From: a virus
Lineage: Duplodnaviria > Caudoviricetes
Length of the DNA: 36,274 nucleotides
Strand: one strand, 5' to 3'
Virus record (IMG/VR): IMGVR_UViG_3300037422_000301
Coordinates: 1-36,274 of that record
The position numbers and the translations under genes are program-made. Position 1 is the stretch's first letter. Each line of letters opens with the position of its first letter. Shown piece by piece: positions 5,834 through 16,421 of the stretch. The notes under the pieces are model-generated. The model worked only from the letters and a program-made list of their open reading frames with translations, was not told the origin of the DNA and searched no databases.

Positions 5834-8356
5834 TCAGTTGTCCGTTTCGATGTAGACCGACACCACGTCGATGCCGACCGCGAGGGCGGTGGCATTGTTG
5901 CAGCGCCAGGCGGCGTGAGCGAGGAAGGTGGAAGCTGCGGGGATCACGGTGCCGACCGTGCCGGAAAGTGTTCCTTCGGCGGTCTGGCCAGTGTTCACGC
6001 GAGTCAACTGATAGTAGACAACCTGTGTATCGGGCGGTGCGAAGAGCGCGAGCTCATATAGGTCGGCGGAGAGCGTGTTGGCCGGGAAGTTCGCGCCGAG
6101 ATCGATCGCTGTCTGCGCGGCCGAGCCGCCATAGACAATTTGCAGATTGTTCGAGGTGCTGATTTGCGCCACGCCGACCATGTTGGTCTGACCGCTCGAT
6201 GGCTCGATGTTGGTAGGGGCGGCGACTGCATTGCGCAGCCCCACAAACATGCGCGCGCCCGAAACCGCAGCGGCGTCCGACACTACGAAGCGGCAGACAT
6301 AGAAGAACCCGCCGATGCCACCCGTGGCACCTATCGTGAATTGTGCCGTTGCCGAGTAATGGCCGGAGAGCGAACCCGCCGTGGCGGCGCTGACATAGCC
6401 CAGCCTGCGCGCGCGGGTCGCCATACTGGTGGAGGCAACGTTACGTGCCGTGGCCGTCCCCACCGCCGTTGGTGCCGCGAGCCCGAGTACGCCGGGAACG
6501 GTCGTCGCGTTGCCGGGCGGATTCCACCAGGCGATCTTGTTGGAACCGATGAGCGGCTGCAATGTCACATCAAGGCCGGACGGCCCAATGAAGCGCGGCA
6601 GCATCCGGGATGCTTTTCGACCTGCGAACAGATTGAGCTTGTCGGCGGCCGGGACCGCAGGCGATGCCAGATAGGGGAGTGTGATTTCCCCATTGTCGGT
6701 GATAAGCACCGGGGCATTTTGAATCACCTTGCCGGTCGTCGTGTCGAAACGTGCGATGGCATTGTCGGTTGCGCTTGCCGGGCCGACGACATCGCCAGAA
6801 CCGCCGCCACCCGAGGGCGCGACCCACGTGCCATCCGCACGCAGGAAATTCGTGGTGCCACCCCCAGAAGCCGGAACAACACCCTTGGCCGAGGAGGTGA
6901 ATGACGGCAGGGCGGAAAGCCCCTGCGGCAGGGAAATGACGCCGTTCGTCCGGTTGATGGTCAGGGCCTCGAACCAAGTCGAACCGTCCGAGCTGACCTT
7001 GAAGTGGAAGTCATCGTCGCCGGTGGTTCCGAATTCAGCGCGGCCCGAGAAATTGGTCTGGAACAGGAAGGAGGCGGTATCGGCGGCCGCATTCTTGTTG
7101 ACCTTGACCTGCATGCCGTTGCCGACATTGTTGAACAGGATCGCGCTGCTGGCAACAGCGAGCTTGTTCGTGGCATCGGCGGTGGCGTTGACGCCGAGCA
7201 ACGACAGGTTCTGAAGCGCAGTGGGATCGGGAGGTGCGGCCCACGTCCCATCGGCGCGCAGGAAGTTCGCCGTGCCGCCCCCGCTTGCAGGTGCAAGCCC
7301 CTTGAGGGCGGAGGTGAATGTATTGAGCAGCGCCGTTGCTTGGGTGGCGGACAAATCCTCCACATTGCCGGTTCCCGCAGAAGTGCGGCCCTTGAAGCTT
7401 GCCGTCGCCATGGTGGCAAGTTTGGCGTTACTCACGACATTGTTGCCGATGGTCGCGGCAAAGGAACCTGTGCCCGACCCGGTTACATCGCCCGTGAGCG
7501 TGATCGTCTGATCGCCGCTATTTGTGCCGGAGAGCCCGAGGTCGGTCTTAACCTGTGCAATGGTTCGCGCCGCCCATGCCCCGGCCTTGGCCTGTATGAA
7601 GCTGTCGGTTGTCGCAGACAGCCCGGCAATGGTGGTGAGGTCGCTGTCGAGCGGCTGCTTGGCATCGAGGGCAGATTGCAGATCGGTCTGAGTGGAAAGC
7701 GTGCCAGTGATTGAACCCCATGAGGCACCGCCGCCTCCGGGAGGTGTTGCCCACGTACCATCGGCACGCAGAAAATTGGTCGTGCCGCCGCCGCTTGCGG
7801 GAGCCAAGCCCTTCAATCCCGAAGCGAAGACGTTGAGCAGGACCGTCTGAGCCGCGGCATCGGCGGCGGTGAGCATCGACCGCCCCGCCGCGGTGCTATC
7901 GGAAATTTCCGCCGCCGGATGCGTGTGGCTTGCTGCCGCCTTGCCGTTGAGTGCTGATTGCAGGTCGGTCTGGCTTGAGAGCGTTCCGGTGATCGATCCC
8001 CAGGCGACGGAGCCGCTGCTGCTCAATCCGCCCCAGGCCGATCCGTCCCAGCGAACATGAACCGACTCCGCCTCGATCCATGCGAGCCAGCCCTGTTGGG
8101 GAACGAGCTTCATCCAGGCGCCATCGACGTAATAGGCGATGTTGAAGTCCCATGTGGCCCATGCACCCGTGGCACCTGCGGCGACAATGTAGCGGTCGCC
8201 ATCGGCGGGGCTCGCCGGCGGGGTCGTCACGATGCGCGACTTCACCGCCATCTGCACAAGCGCATCGAGCAGCCGAACGCCCTCATTGTGCGTCACGTGC
8301 TTCTGCGCCTGATTGGCGTCGATGTACGGCAATTTCAGGTGGGTGCTATCCGCCAT
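5834..8356 (-). CDS. DUF2793-domain tail fibre / receptor-binding protein
   Basis: N-terminal LPYI...QAQKHVTHNE....LDALVQ. Internal LGVNATADATNKLAV...SGRAEFG...DDF..KVS.DG. Gly/Thr/Ala-rich repeats. Confidence 0.85.
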   Translation of the reverse strand: MADSTHLKLPYIDANQAQKHVTHNEGVRLLDALVQMAVKSRIVTTPPASPADGDRYIVAAGATGAWATWDFNIAYYVDGAWMKLVPQQGWLAWIEAESVHVRWDGSAWGGLSSSGSVAWGSITGTLSSQTDLQSALNGKAAASHTHPAAEISDSTAAGRSMLTAADAAAQTVLLNVFASGLKGLAPASGGGTTNFLRADGTWATPPGGGGASWGSITGTLSTQTDLQSALDAKQPLDSDLTTIAGLSATTDSFIQAKAGAWAARTIAQVKTDLGLSGTNSGDQTITLTGDVTGSGTGSFAATIGNNVVSNAKLATMATASFKGRTSAGTGNVEDLSATQATALLNTFTSALKGLAPASGGGTANFLRADGTWAAPPDPTALQNLSLLGVNATADATNKLAVASSAILFNNVGNGMQVKVNKNAAADTASFLFQTNFSGRAEFGTTGDDDFHFKVSSDGSTWFEALTINRTNGVISLPQGLSALPSFTSSAKGVVPASGGGTTNFLRADGTWVAPSGGGGSGDVVGPASATDNAIARFDTTTGKVIQNAPVLITDNGEITLPYLASPAVPAADKLNLFAGRKASRMLPRFIGPSGLDVTLQPLIGSNKIAWWNPPGNATTVPGVLGLAAPTAVGTATARNVASTSMATRARRLGYVSAATAGSLSGHYSATAQFTIGATGGIGGFFYVCRFVVSDAAAVSGARMFVGLRNAVAAPTNIEPSSGQTNMVGVAQISTSNNLQIVYGGSAAQTAIDLGANFPANTLSADLYELALFAPPDTQVVYYQLTRVNTGQTAEGTLSGTVGTVIPAASTFLAHAAWRCNNATALAVGIDVVSVYIETDN

Positions 8357-8368
8357 GATGAAGCAATC

Positions 8369-11300
8369 TCAGAAGTAGAGGGTTTCTAGCTTGGGCGCGC
8401 CGCGCCCGAATTGCTGTGAGACTTGGTAGATTTCGACTAGCAGGCTATCGCCAGGCCACAGCGGCGCGCCCCAATCGGCGGTCTGCTGAGCGCCCGTGTA
8501 GATGACGCTGGTGGTGTTCGAGGCGAGCGTGCGCTTCACGGTGCTGCCATCGAGGATTTCGAGTTCGTAGGCCTCGCTATCCTCGAACAGCGGAACCTCG
8601 ATGGCATCCCAACTGTCGCCCGCAGGCGCGCGGGTGCGGCGCTTCCAGGAGATCGTCAGGTCGCCGGGCGTCCTGGCGATTTTCCACGGCTGGCTGATAT
8701 GGGCGACCGAATAGGGCCTGCGGCCAACCGCGCGCGGGGTGAACGTCACCTGCGAATATGAAATGTCGGTCGTGTTTTCGGACGCCGGGCCGACCAGCCA
8801 ATTGTAGGAAATGCCGAGATCGGTTGAGCCAATACTCAACGGCGCAATGTCGGCGTCGAGCACCACGACACGAGCGCCGGCTGACGCCGGATTGCCAATC
8901 GCGCCCTCAGTGCCGCGTTGTCCCCGCAACAGCCGCGTGAGCTTATAGCGGTTCGTGGCGACAAGCTCGGCGTTGGCGAACTGAACGATTTCCCAGACAC
9001 CCGGCGTGGACTCGATGGCGAGCGTGTTCGCCCCGGCGAAGAGTTCAAGATCGGTAACGCTCGCAAGCGTGCCGGAAAGCAGGTCCACAAAGAGTGCGTT
9101 GCCATGGTCGAACCTTGAGGACGGCCCGCCATAGAAATCAAAGGCGAGCGAGCCCATGCGGGCCGGACGGCCGACGGTATCAAGCAGCGTGAACCCATCC
9201 AGCGTGGGGCTGCGATAGACCGCCGCCTGCCCGTACCATGGCGAAGCATATATGGCGGCGAAGGGGCGATAATCGGCCACGTCCTCGTCGATGATCGGCA
9301 AGTTCATCATCGCCAGGGCGGGCGGACCATAAACCGTTGGCGGCGGCAGGGTCACGTCCCGTTCTGGGCCGGGCCTTGCGCCATAGATCACGGCGTCGGT
9401 TCGCAGCGCGTCGATCATCCGCGCGTCCTGATCGGCCACGGAGGCAAGCCGGAATTCCAGCTGCCGCCCATCGTGTTCGATCAGCACCACGTCGGCGGGA
9501 TCGAGCGCCAGGCGCGATGGCGGCAACTGGAACTTCGCCGTCTCGCGCTGGACCCACGCCTCCATGAGCGCCCTGCGGCAGCGCATGTCGGCCTCGGCGC
9601 CCGAGGCAACAATTGGGAACGCCTCAGAATGAATACGCGCCGTGTCAACGCTGATGCGGCGGGCTTCAACCGTGAGGGTCTCATATTTCTTGTCGGGCCG
9701 GGTCAACCGCCACTTGATGGCGCGCGGCAATTCGGTTTCCTGGCCACGTACCAGCTCGATGTCCTCGTCTTCGCGCCTCGCGGCGACAAGATCATCGGGC
9801 GTTATGGTGGCAATCGGCGCCTGTCCCCGAGGGACGAAGCGGATTATCCCGTCGCTTTCGATTGCATCGAAGCCATAGAAGCGGGCCAGCGGCTCGATGG
9901 ATGAACGGGCGCTTTCGATTGCCTCGGTCCTGTAGCCCGGCACCGTTGCCGAAAGCTGGCTGACATCAACCTCTGTTTCCGCGAGCCCGCCGCGCAGACA
10001 AAGTTCGCGCACCAGCGCGGCAAGTCCGGAATCCCCTAGCCTGCCGGACAGCCAATGGCCGAACTGCCAGTTGGCGTAGTCGCCCCAGATGTCGGAGCGG
10101 CCCGGAAACGCCGGATAGGGCCGCGCATCCCAGCACCAGATTGCGAGCTCGCCCATGGCGAGCATCGGCCCGCCATAGGTGCCGCCCGTCGGGTTATTGT
10201 TGTTCCAGTAGTGATAGAGCGCCTCGATGTAACGCCGCTGGATCGCGTCGTCGCGGTTGCCGAGCGAGTAGTATGGCAGCAGGCTTTCCGAGGACTTGGG
10301 ATCGACGAACACGTTGGGCTGGTTCGCGCCCTTGTCGATTGCCGGGCATCCGGCCTCAGTAAAGCGGACAGGCTTTGACTTCGGCGTCCAGGCTGTGGCC
10401 GATCCGTTCTCAATACCGCCCGGGCGATCATAGTGGGCGTTCGTCCACCATGCGCGAATGTCCTTGAAGCGGAAGACCCATGGCTTGCCGTAAGTACCAT
10501 CGGAAATCGTCTTCCGCACCTGCGCATCGCGGTCGGCCTGGCTCGCATAGTACCAATCGAAGCCCTCTCCACCTTCAACATTCGATTCAAGGTAGGCGCG
10601 GCTATAGATCGACTTCCAGCCCGCGAGTGCATCAGCGTGCGAGAATCCTTCGCGCCAGTCGGCGAGCGGCATGTAGTTGTCGATGCCGATGAAATCGATA
10701 TTGCCGTCGGACCAGAGCGGGTCGAGGTTGAAATAGACATCGCCCGAACCGTCTTGCGGATGGTGCCCGAAATACTCGCTCCAGTCCGCCGCGTAGCCGA
10801 CCTTGGTTCCGCTTCCGAGGATCGCGCTCACATCGGCCGCGAGGGACTTGAGCTCGGTTACGGCGGGATAGTTGGAAGCGCTGGAACGGATTTGCGTGAC
10901 GCCGCGAAGCTCAGAACCGATCAGGAAGGCATCGACGCCGCCCGCCGCCGCGCAGAGCTTGGCATAGTGCAGCACCATGCGGCGGTAGCCCCAATCGGTA
11001 CCGCCGGTCCATGTGACCGTGGTGCCGGAAACCGAGAAATCCGAGGATTGCGCGCTGCCGAAAAAGGCATCGACCTGCGTTGCGGCAGCGGCAGTCTTGT
11101 CAACGGTCCCGGCATAGCCCGCCGCCGGCGAACAGGTGATGCGACCGCGCCAGGGATATTTCGGCTGGCCGATGGTGGCCGCGTTGTCCGACCATGGATC
11201 GGGCAAGGTGTTGCCATCGGGAACGTCCATGAGCAGGAACGGATAGAAGGTGACGCGAAGCCCACGCGCCTTCAATTCCTCGATGGCCTGCACAATCGAG

Positions 11301-12292
11301 AAGTCGGCGGGCGTGCCACCGAAGGCCGGTCCGCCCGTTTCGGGCAGCGTGCTGACGACATAGGCGCTGGAACGCGTGACGCCATTGACCGACCACGACT
11401 TCGGCGTCGTGACCTTGGTCGTGTTCTCAACGCCCGGCTTGATGAGACAATCCCCGGCTCGAAGATCGGTGCCAAACCACGCGGCAACCAGCGAGACGGA
11501 ATCGATGTTCGGCGCGGTCGTTTCGAGGTTGTCGAGCGAGACCAGCAGGTCCGTCTGGGATTCACTCGAATTGACATTCTCCGCTGTCGTGGCGCCGTTC
11601 ACGGTCCGCAAGATTTTTTCGGTGGCATAGACAAACTCGCCGGCACCCGGAATGAGGTTGACCGCGCGGATCGCTTCCTCGGCGCTGTCGGGATCATCGA
11701 TGTGCCGGAACACCTCGAATGAGAGCTGCGGAATGCGGTTGCCGAAGTTCTTGAGCGGCAGATCGTCGAAGACAATGTAGGCGACACCGCGATAGGCGGG
11801 CGCGTTGCCCGCGCCCATCTTGCTTTCAATGAGCGAATCCGGTGCCTGGCCTTCGCCGCCTTTGTGGATGCGATAGACCGCGCCCTTGACCTTGAACTCC
11901 TTTCCGTCCGCCCACATGCGGCCAAGGCCTGCAATCGGCCCCTCGCAGATCGCCACGGCGAAGGACGCGAAGTAGAGATATTCGGTTGTTTCCGTTCCGC
12001 CGCCGCCGCCCTTGCCCCCGCCCGAGGACGACGTGTGCTTCTCTTCGCGGAAGTCGGTGGCCCAGATGATGTTGCCACCCATCCGCATGCGGCCATAGAC
12101 GCGCGGAATGGCAATCCCTTCGGTGGCGGAAGTAACCTTGATATCGGAAAGCCGCTGCCCCTCGGTCTTCTGCGTGGGTGTTAGCGCCGATACAAGCAGG
12201 CTGTCGACAACCGCGCCTACGACGGAGCCGACAGCGGCCCCGATGGGACCGGCGATGGCGCCGCCCACAACGCTCAGGACAACCGATGCCAT
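8369..12292 (-). CDS. Baseplate multidomain 'megatron' (GTA TIM-barrel + tail domain)
   Basis: IPRVYGRMR, APAYRG.AY, IPGAGEF, YPWRGRI, FLIGSE, YAADWSEY, GIDNY.PL.DWR, EGGEGFDWYY, W.WDARP motifs. Confidence 0.92.
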   Translation of the reverse strand: MASVVLSVVGGAIAGPIGAAVGSVVGAVVDSLLVSALTPTQKTEGQRLSDIKVTSATEGIAIPRVYGRMRMGGNIIWATDFREEKHTSSSGGGKGGGGGTETTEYLYFASFAVAICEGPIAGLGRMWADGKEFKVKGAVYRIHKGGEGQAPDSLIESKMGAGNAPAYRGVAYIVFDDLPLKNFGNRIPQLSFEVFRHIDDPDSAEEAIRAVNLIPGAGEFVYATEKILRTVNGATTAENVNSSESQTDLLVSLDNLETTAPNIDSVSLVAAWFGTDLRAGDCLIKPGVENTTKVTTPKSWSVNGVTRSSAYVVSTLPETGGPAFGGTPADFSIVQAIEELKARGLRVTFYPFLLMDVPDGNTLPDPWSDNAATIGQPKYPWRGRITCSPAAGYAGTVDKTAAAATQVDAFFGSAQSSDFSVSGTTVTWTGGTDWGYRRMVLHYAKLCAAAGGVDAFLIGSELRGVTQIRSSASNYPAVTELKSLAADVSAILGSGTKVGYAADWSEYFGHHPQDGSGDVYFNLDPLWSDGNIDFIGIDNYMPLADWREGFSHADALAGWKSIYSRAYLESNVEGGEGFDWYYASQADRDAQVRKTISDGTYGKPWVFRFKDIRAWWTNAHYDRPGGIENGSATAWTPKSKPVRFTEAGCPAIDKGANQPNVFVDPKSSESLLPYYSLGNRDDAIQRRYIEALYHYWNNNNPTGGTYGGPMLAMGELAIWCWDARPYPAFPGRSDIWGDYANWQFGHWLSGRLGDSGLAALVRELCLRGGLAETEVDVSQLSATVPGYRTEAIESARSSIEPLARFYGFDAIESDGIIRFVPRGQAPIATITPDDLVAARREDEDIELVRGQETELPRAIKWRLTRPDKKYETLTVEARRISVDTARIHSEAFPIVASGAEADMRCRRALMEAWVQRETAKFQLPPSRLALDPADVVLIEHDGRQLEFRLASVADQDARMIDALRTDAVIYGARPGPERDVTLPPPTVYGPPALAMMNLPIIDEDVADYRPFAAIYASPWYGQAAVYRSPTLDGFTLLDTVGRPARMGSLAFDFYGGPSSRFDHGNALFVDLLSGTLASVTDLELFAGANTLAIESTPGVWEIVQFANAELVATNRYKLTRLLRGQRGTEGAIGNPASAGARVVVLDADIAPLSIGSTDLGISYNWLVGPASENTTDISYSQVTFTPRAVGRRPYSVAHISQPWKIARTPGDLTISWKRRTRAPAGDSWDAIEVPLFEDSEAYELEILDGSTVKRTLASNTTSVIYTGAQQTADWGAPLWPGDSLLVEIYQVSQQFGRGAPKLETLYF

Positions 12293-12295
12293 TGA

Positions 12296-12754
12296 TCAGG
12301 GGTTTCTTTCGGGAAAGAGGAAGGCGAAAGCCGTCCGGCGCTGCCAGGCAGTATCGTAGGGAACGATGGTGACGCCGCGCCGTTCGAGTGCGTGAACAAA
12401 CATACCGCCATCGACGAACACGCCGCAGTGCTTGGCGGGTCCGTCGCGCCGCATGCGGAACAGGAGCAAGGCTCCCGGAACAGCAGTGGCGGGCGCGATC
12501 TCGATCAGGAACCGGCGCACGCCCTCTGCGAAGGTCTCGCGGGCACCGACCTCACCCCAATCGCGCGAATAGGGCGGGAGCGCCGTGGGTTCTTCGCCCA
12601 CGATTTCGCGCCAGATGCCGCGCGCAAACCCTATGCAATCGCAGCCCACGCCCTTGACGCTGGCCTGATCGTGATAGGGCGTGCCGAGCCAGGAGCGCGC
12701 GACCTCGATCACCCGCGCCGGATTGGCGGCGGCTGGTGTTGAAGGGGTGATCAT
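12296..12754 (-). CDS. NlpC/P60 tail-associated peptidase
   Basis: ARSWLGTPYHDQAS.KGVGCDC and AKHCG. Start moved to ATG 12754. Confidence 0.88.
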   Translation of the reverse strand: MITPSTPAAANPARVIEVARSWLGTPYHDQASVKGVGCDCIGFARGIWREIVGEEPTALPPYSRDWGEVGARETFAEGVRRFLIEIAPATAVPGALLLFRMRRDGPAKHCGVFVDGGMFVHALERRGVTIVPYDTAWQRRTAFAFLFPERNP

Positions 12755-12759
12755 GTGGG

Positions 12760-13644
12760 CTACAGCGGATCGCCGGAGTTGGCGTCGCCCTTGTTGGGGT
12801 AGCGCATGATGGTGTCGTCGCCCGGCATGTGCGGGAAGCCGCGGAAGTTCGCCGCGTTGGAGAACTTGGCCTTGCAGGTCTTGAACTGCTTGTCGCATCC
12901 GGCCCGGATCACGAAGCCATCGCCCGCGCCAATGGAGCGAACGGGCGCCTCGAACAACTCAACCGCCACGATGCCGGACGCCTTCGAATGACGCGACACT
13001 TCGGACTTCCGCCCGGCGTTCTGGCCGCTGGTCCATTCAACATAGCCAAGCTCGAACCAGCCGGAAGCGAAGCTCGTCAAACCCGACGCCCTGAACCGGC
13101 GGTCGGCAATTACTTCCGTAACTGCGCCCGTACCCTTGTAAGCCGCCAGTTCCAGATTGATGCCGCAACGACCGTCGCCGAGCGCCGCGTCGCAATAGTA
13201 TTGATATGTGCGCCCGACAGTTTGATTGAGCACGTGCGCTAGCGAACGGACTTCAGCGACGAAAGCCGCTTTGCCGCGCCGAACCTGCCCGATATTGCCC
13301 CGGCGCATGAGCACGTTCTGCGCCACATCAGCCCAGTTGACTCGGCGGACCTCGATTTTCGCATTGTCCCAGCGGCCATCGAGAATATCGGTTTCGGTGA
13401 TGCGGCTGGACGAAAGCACACCTTCCGCATCCTGCGCGTCAACCGACAGATTTGTGTCGCCGCGCAATTCCGAGGCGGCGAAGCCGGAATCGGGTTCAAA
13501 GGTGACGCCCGCGAGCACAAGCGGGCGGTCGTGATCAGTGAAGCCGAAGACCACGCCGTCGGCGCGCTCAACTTTCCAGCACCAGCACAAGGTGGTGACG
13601 CCCGTGTCGAGATGTGCCTGCAACGCGGCGGGAATCGACTTCAC
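12760..13644 (-). CDS. Baseplate hub protein (DUF2163/BR0599)
   Basis: TTLCWCW, GFTDHD, CDA.LGD.RC, GCDK...TC..KF.N..NFRGFPH.PG. Confidence 0.92.
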   Translation of the reverse strand: MKSIPAALQAHLDTGVTTLCWCWKVERADGVVFGFTDHDRPLVLAGVTFEPDSGFAASELRGDTNLSVDAQDAEGVLSSSRITETDILDGRWDNAKIEVRRVNWADVAQNVLMRRGNIGQVRRGKAAFVAEVRSLAHVLNQTVGRTYQYYCDAALGDGRCGINLELAAYKGTGAVTEVIADRRFRASGLTSFASGWFELGYVEWTSGQNAGRKSEVSRHSKASGIVAVELFEAPVRSIGAGDGFVIRAGCDKQFKTCKAKFSNAANFRGFPHMPGDDTIMRYPNKGDANSGDPL

Positions 13645-14267
13645 AGCTTGATCTCCACCAGCGGAATGGACGTGATCGATCCCAGCCGCTCGATGTCGAG
13701 ATTTACGTCCATGAGATCGCTGTCGAAGCGCACGGGCACGTCGAATTCGAAGCCTGCCGTTATCGACGCACCATTGGCAGGCGCAACGGCGAACGTGATG
13801 ACGCCGGTTGTGGTGTCAACCAACCAGCCCGAGGATTGGACAACGCCGCCAACGGCAATCAGCACCGTTCCGGCCACCGGCTTGTTGATCGTGCGGACAT
13901 AGGATTGAAGGCCGGAGGAATAGGTTTTCGAAAGCTGGAACGCGGTGGCCGTGCCGTCGCCCTGGCCGATCAGCTGGTCCGTTGACCCGACCGCTGCCGA
14001 CGGCAAGCAGGATTTGTAATCGGCCCAATCCTTCCAACGAAAGCCACGAAGCCGCGCCATGCGCGCTTCATAGAAGGCAATGACGCTGGCCAGATCGTCG
14101 GCGCGCCGAACGCCATAGGAGGCGTCATAGCGGCGGCGCGAACCTGCCCAGGGCGAATTGCGTTCCTCGCGGCCCGAAGCAAGCTCGACAATGCGGGTGC
14201 GCCGCTCGGGGCCACCACGGGCGCCCCGGCTGATATTGTCGGGGAAACGTACTTCGTCGAAGGCCAT
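13641..14267 (-). CDS. Distal tail protein (DUF2460)
   Basis: F.EVRFP..IS.GARGGPE..T, GFRWKDW.DY.S, AGFEFDVPVRFD.D. Confidence 0.92.
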   Translation of the reverse strand: MAFDEVRFPDNISRGARGGPERRTRIVELASGREERNSPWAGSRRRYDASYGVRRADDLASVIAFYEARMARLRGFRWKDWADYKSCLPSAAVGSTDQLIGQGDGTATAFQLSKTYSSGLQSYVRTINKPVAGTVLIAVGGVVQSSGWLVDTTTGVITFAVAPANGASITAGFEFDVPVRFDSDLMDVNLDIERLGSITSIPLVEIKL

Positions 14268-14270
14268 CTT

Positions 14271-16421
14271 TTACAATCCCCTCGAACCGGATGACACCGC
14301 GCGGGCGATGTCGGCGGCGACCTGCGTGCGCGCCCGCCGGAAATTCTGGATGTCAGGTGTGGCAATGTTGATATTTATGGCACGTGCCTGGCCATATTCC
14401 CGCGTCTCCCGGCGGTTCAGCACCCGCTCGCCCCGTTGCAGAATGGCGGGAATCTCGTCGGGCGCGAACATGCCGCCGCCATGGAGCCGAGGCGCGCCCG
14501 CGAACGCCAGTGCCGGAACAGAGCGCATTGGTGCGCCCCCGCCGGCCATGCCGCCGTCATGATAGATGCTCGACAGTATGCTGCCGATCCCTCCACTCGT
14601 GCCGCCGAGAAGTCCGCCCAGGATATTCGCCAGCGGCCCGAGGATCGCCTGCTTGACGGCAAGCCGCGCGAGATCGGCCAGCATCGAAGAAATCAGCGAC
14701 GCGAAATCGACCTTGCCGGTGCGCACAAACTGCCCCACAGCCTCCTCGGCGACGGAGAATGCTTCGGAAAGTGCCTCCTTGATAAGGTCCGCCGCTTCGC
14801 CCGCCTTCTCAACAAAGTCCTCAAGCATGGCGATGGACGGGCCGAAGATCCCGCCCGATTCAAGCGCGCGCTTGCGCTCAACCGCCGCCGCCGCTTCCAT
14901 TTGCTCGCGCGCCCGCGCGACAGCCCGGCCATATGTCTCCTGATCGATGGCGCCCGCCGCCAAGAGGCGGTTCAGGTCGGCCAGTGTTTCGGCGTAGTGT
15001 TCGGCAACGGTGCGGGTCGATTCATAAACCTGCTCGCCCTCGCCACGCGCCTTCTCGCCTTCGCGCGCGGCCTTGGTCGCGTCCTTCTCAGCGCCTTCCA
15101 ATTCGTAGAGGCTCTGGGCCAGCCGCATGACTTCGGCGCGCTGTGCCTCCGTGGCGCCATCGGGAAGCCGCGAGAGAAATCCCTCGATGAACTTGGCGCG
15201 CTCATTGCCGAACTGGTCAATGGACTGGTTAAGGTCGCCTAGCAGATCGGATACCGCCTTCCGTGCGCGTTGGGCTTCCGCCGCGGCCCTTGTATCGGCA
15301 GCGCGCCGGGCTGATGCCGCCGCGCGTTCGCTTGCGGCTTGCTCCTTGCGGGCTTCGGTTTCACCGATGATCTCATGCACCTTGGCGGCGATGGCTTTGC
15401 CTTCGTCGGAAGCGGCATCGACGTTTGCCTTGCGCAGCTCCTTTTCGATGCGAAGCTGTTCCGTGGTCTTGCCCAGAGCTTCAAGCTCCGCGTTGAGGGA
15501 AGACAGCACGCCTTGCGCCGCCACATTGGCGGCAAACTCCTGATTGATCGCCGCCGCTTCGCCAGCGGCCTGGGCAATGCTTGCCGCCAGTTGCTGGAAA
15601 CTTCCCGCTAGCTCCTTCGTCACGGGAACCCCCGTCTCACGAAACAGCTTCATCAGCGCATCGTGAACGCGGGTAGCGTCCGCGGCAGTCGCGGTGTTGT
15701 CGCCCAGCTTGCTATCGAGACGCCCAAGCGCCTCGATCAACTCATGAAGCTGTTCGGGTTCGGTCGCATGCTGCAAATCCGCCGCCAGGATTTGAACCTG
15801 ATATTGCGCATCGGCAAAGGTCTTCGCGGCGTCTTCCCACGCCTTCTGCAACACCGTGGTCCGAGCACTGGCAAGATCGGCCGACTGTTCGGCGCGGTCG
15901 AGTTCGGCCACATAGGCCTGCACATGAGGCAAGGCCTCGCCATATCGCTCAGCAATGCGCTTGACGATGTTCTCTTGCTCTTCGAGGGTCTTGTTTGCGT
16001 CCTCGCCGTCGCCCGTGATCGTCGAAAACAGATAACCCGCCGCTGCGGTGACGGCTGAGAAGCCGAGCAGCGCGAGATTGAGGGGATTGGTGAGGAAGGT
16101 CAGAAGGCCGGTGCCAACCGCGCGAATGGCGCCAAGCACGCCGGTGCCGGGGCCGAAGAGTTGTACGATCTGTGAACCCTGTTGCAGCATCACGGTGAAC
16201 GGGTTCTGCCCGGAGGCGAGGCTTACCCCAATATCCTGCAACTGGAACTGCAGATTGCCAAGCTGCTGGGCATTCAGGCGGACGGCATTGCCAGCGGTTG
16301 AAGCGCCAGCACCGATAGCGCCGAGCGCCTGATTGCCGGCAGCACCTAGCTCGGCAAGTTCCGCCTTGAACTGCCCGCCATCGACGACAGCCAGGCGCAC
16401 CGAAACCTTGCGTTCAGCCAT
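14271..16421 (-). CDS. Tail tape measure protein
   Basis: QLQDI.V.L..GQ.P..V..QQGSQI N-terminal motif, long helical Ala/Glu-rich body, H.GG...E.PAIL..GE.V C-terminus. Confidence 0.92.
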   Translation of the reverse strand: MAERKVSVRLAVVDGGQFKAELAELGAAGNQALGAIGAGASTAGNAVRLNAQQLGNLQFQLQDIGVSLASGQNPFTVMLQQGSQIVQLFGPGTGVLGAIRAVGTGLLTFLTNPLNLALLGFSAVTAAAGYLFSTITGDGEDANKTLEEQENIVKRIAERYGEALPHVQAYVAELDRAEQSADLASARTTVLQKAWEDAAKTFADAQYQVQILAADLQHATEPEQLHELIEALGRLDSKLGDNTATAADATRVHDALMKLFRETGVPVTKELAGSFQQLAASIAQAAGEAAAINQEFAANVAAQGVLSSLNAELEALGKTTEQLRIEKELRKANVDAASDEGKAIAAKVHEIIGETEARKEQAASERAAASARRAADTRAAAEAQRARKAVSDLLGDLNQSIDQFGNERAKFIEGFLSRLPDGATEAQRAEVMRLAQSLYELEGAEKDATKAAREGEKARGEGEQVYESTRTVAEHYAETLADLNRLLAAGAIDQETYGRAVARAREQMEAAAAVERKRALESGGIFGPSIAMLEDFVEKAGEAADLIKEALSEAFSVAEEAVGQFVRTGKVDFASLISSMLADLARLAVKQAILGPLANILGGLLGGTSGGIGSILSSIYHDGGMAGGGAPMRSVPALAFAGAPRLHGGGMFAPDEIPAILQRGERVLNRRETREYGQARAININIATPDIQNFRRARTQVAADIARAVSSGSRGL

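Noticed and set aside
5834-14267. Gene transfer agent cluster
   Set aside because: Tail-tip genes are RcGTA-like, but the element has a GpA terminase, lambda portal, long tape measure and its own replication and lysis genes, which indicates a prophage.
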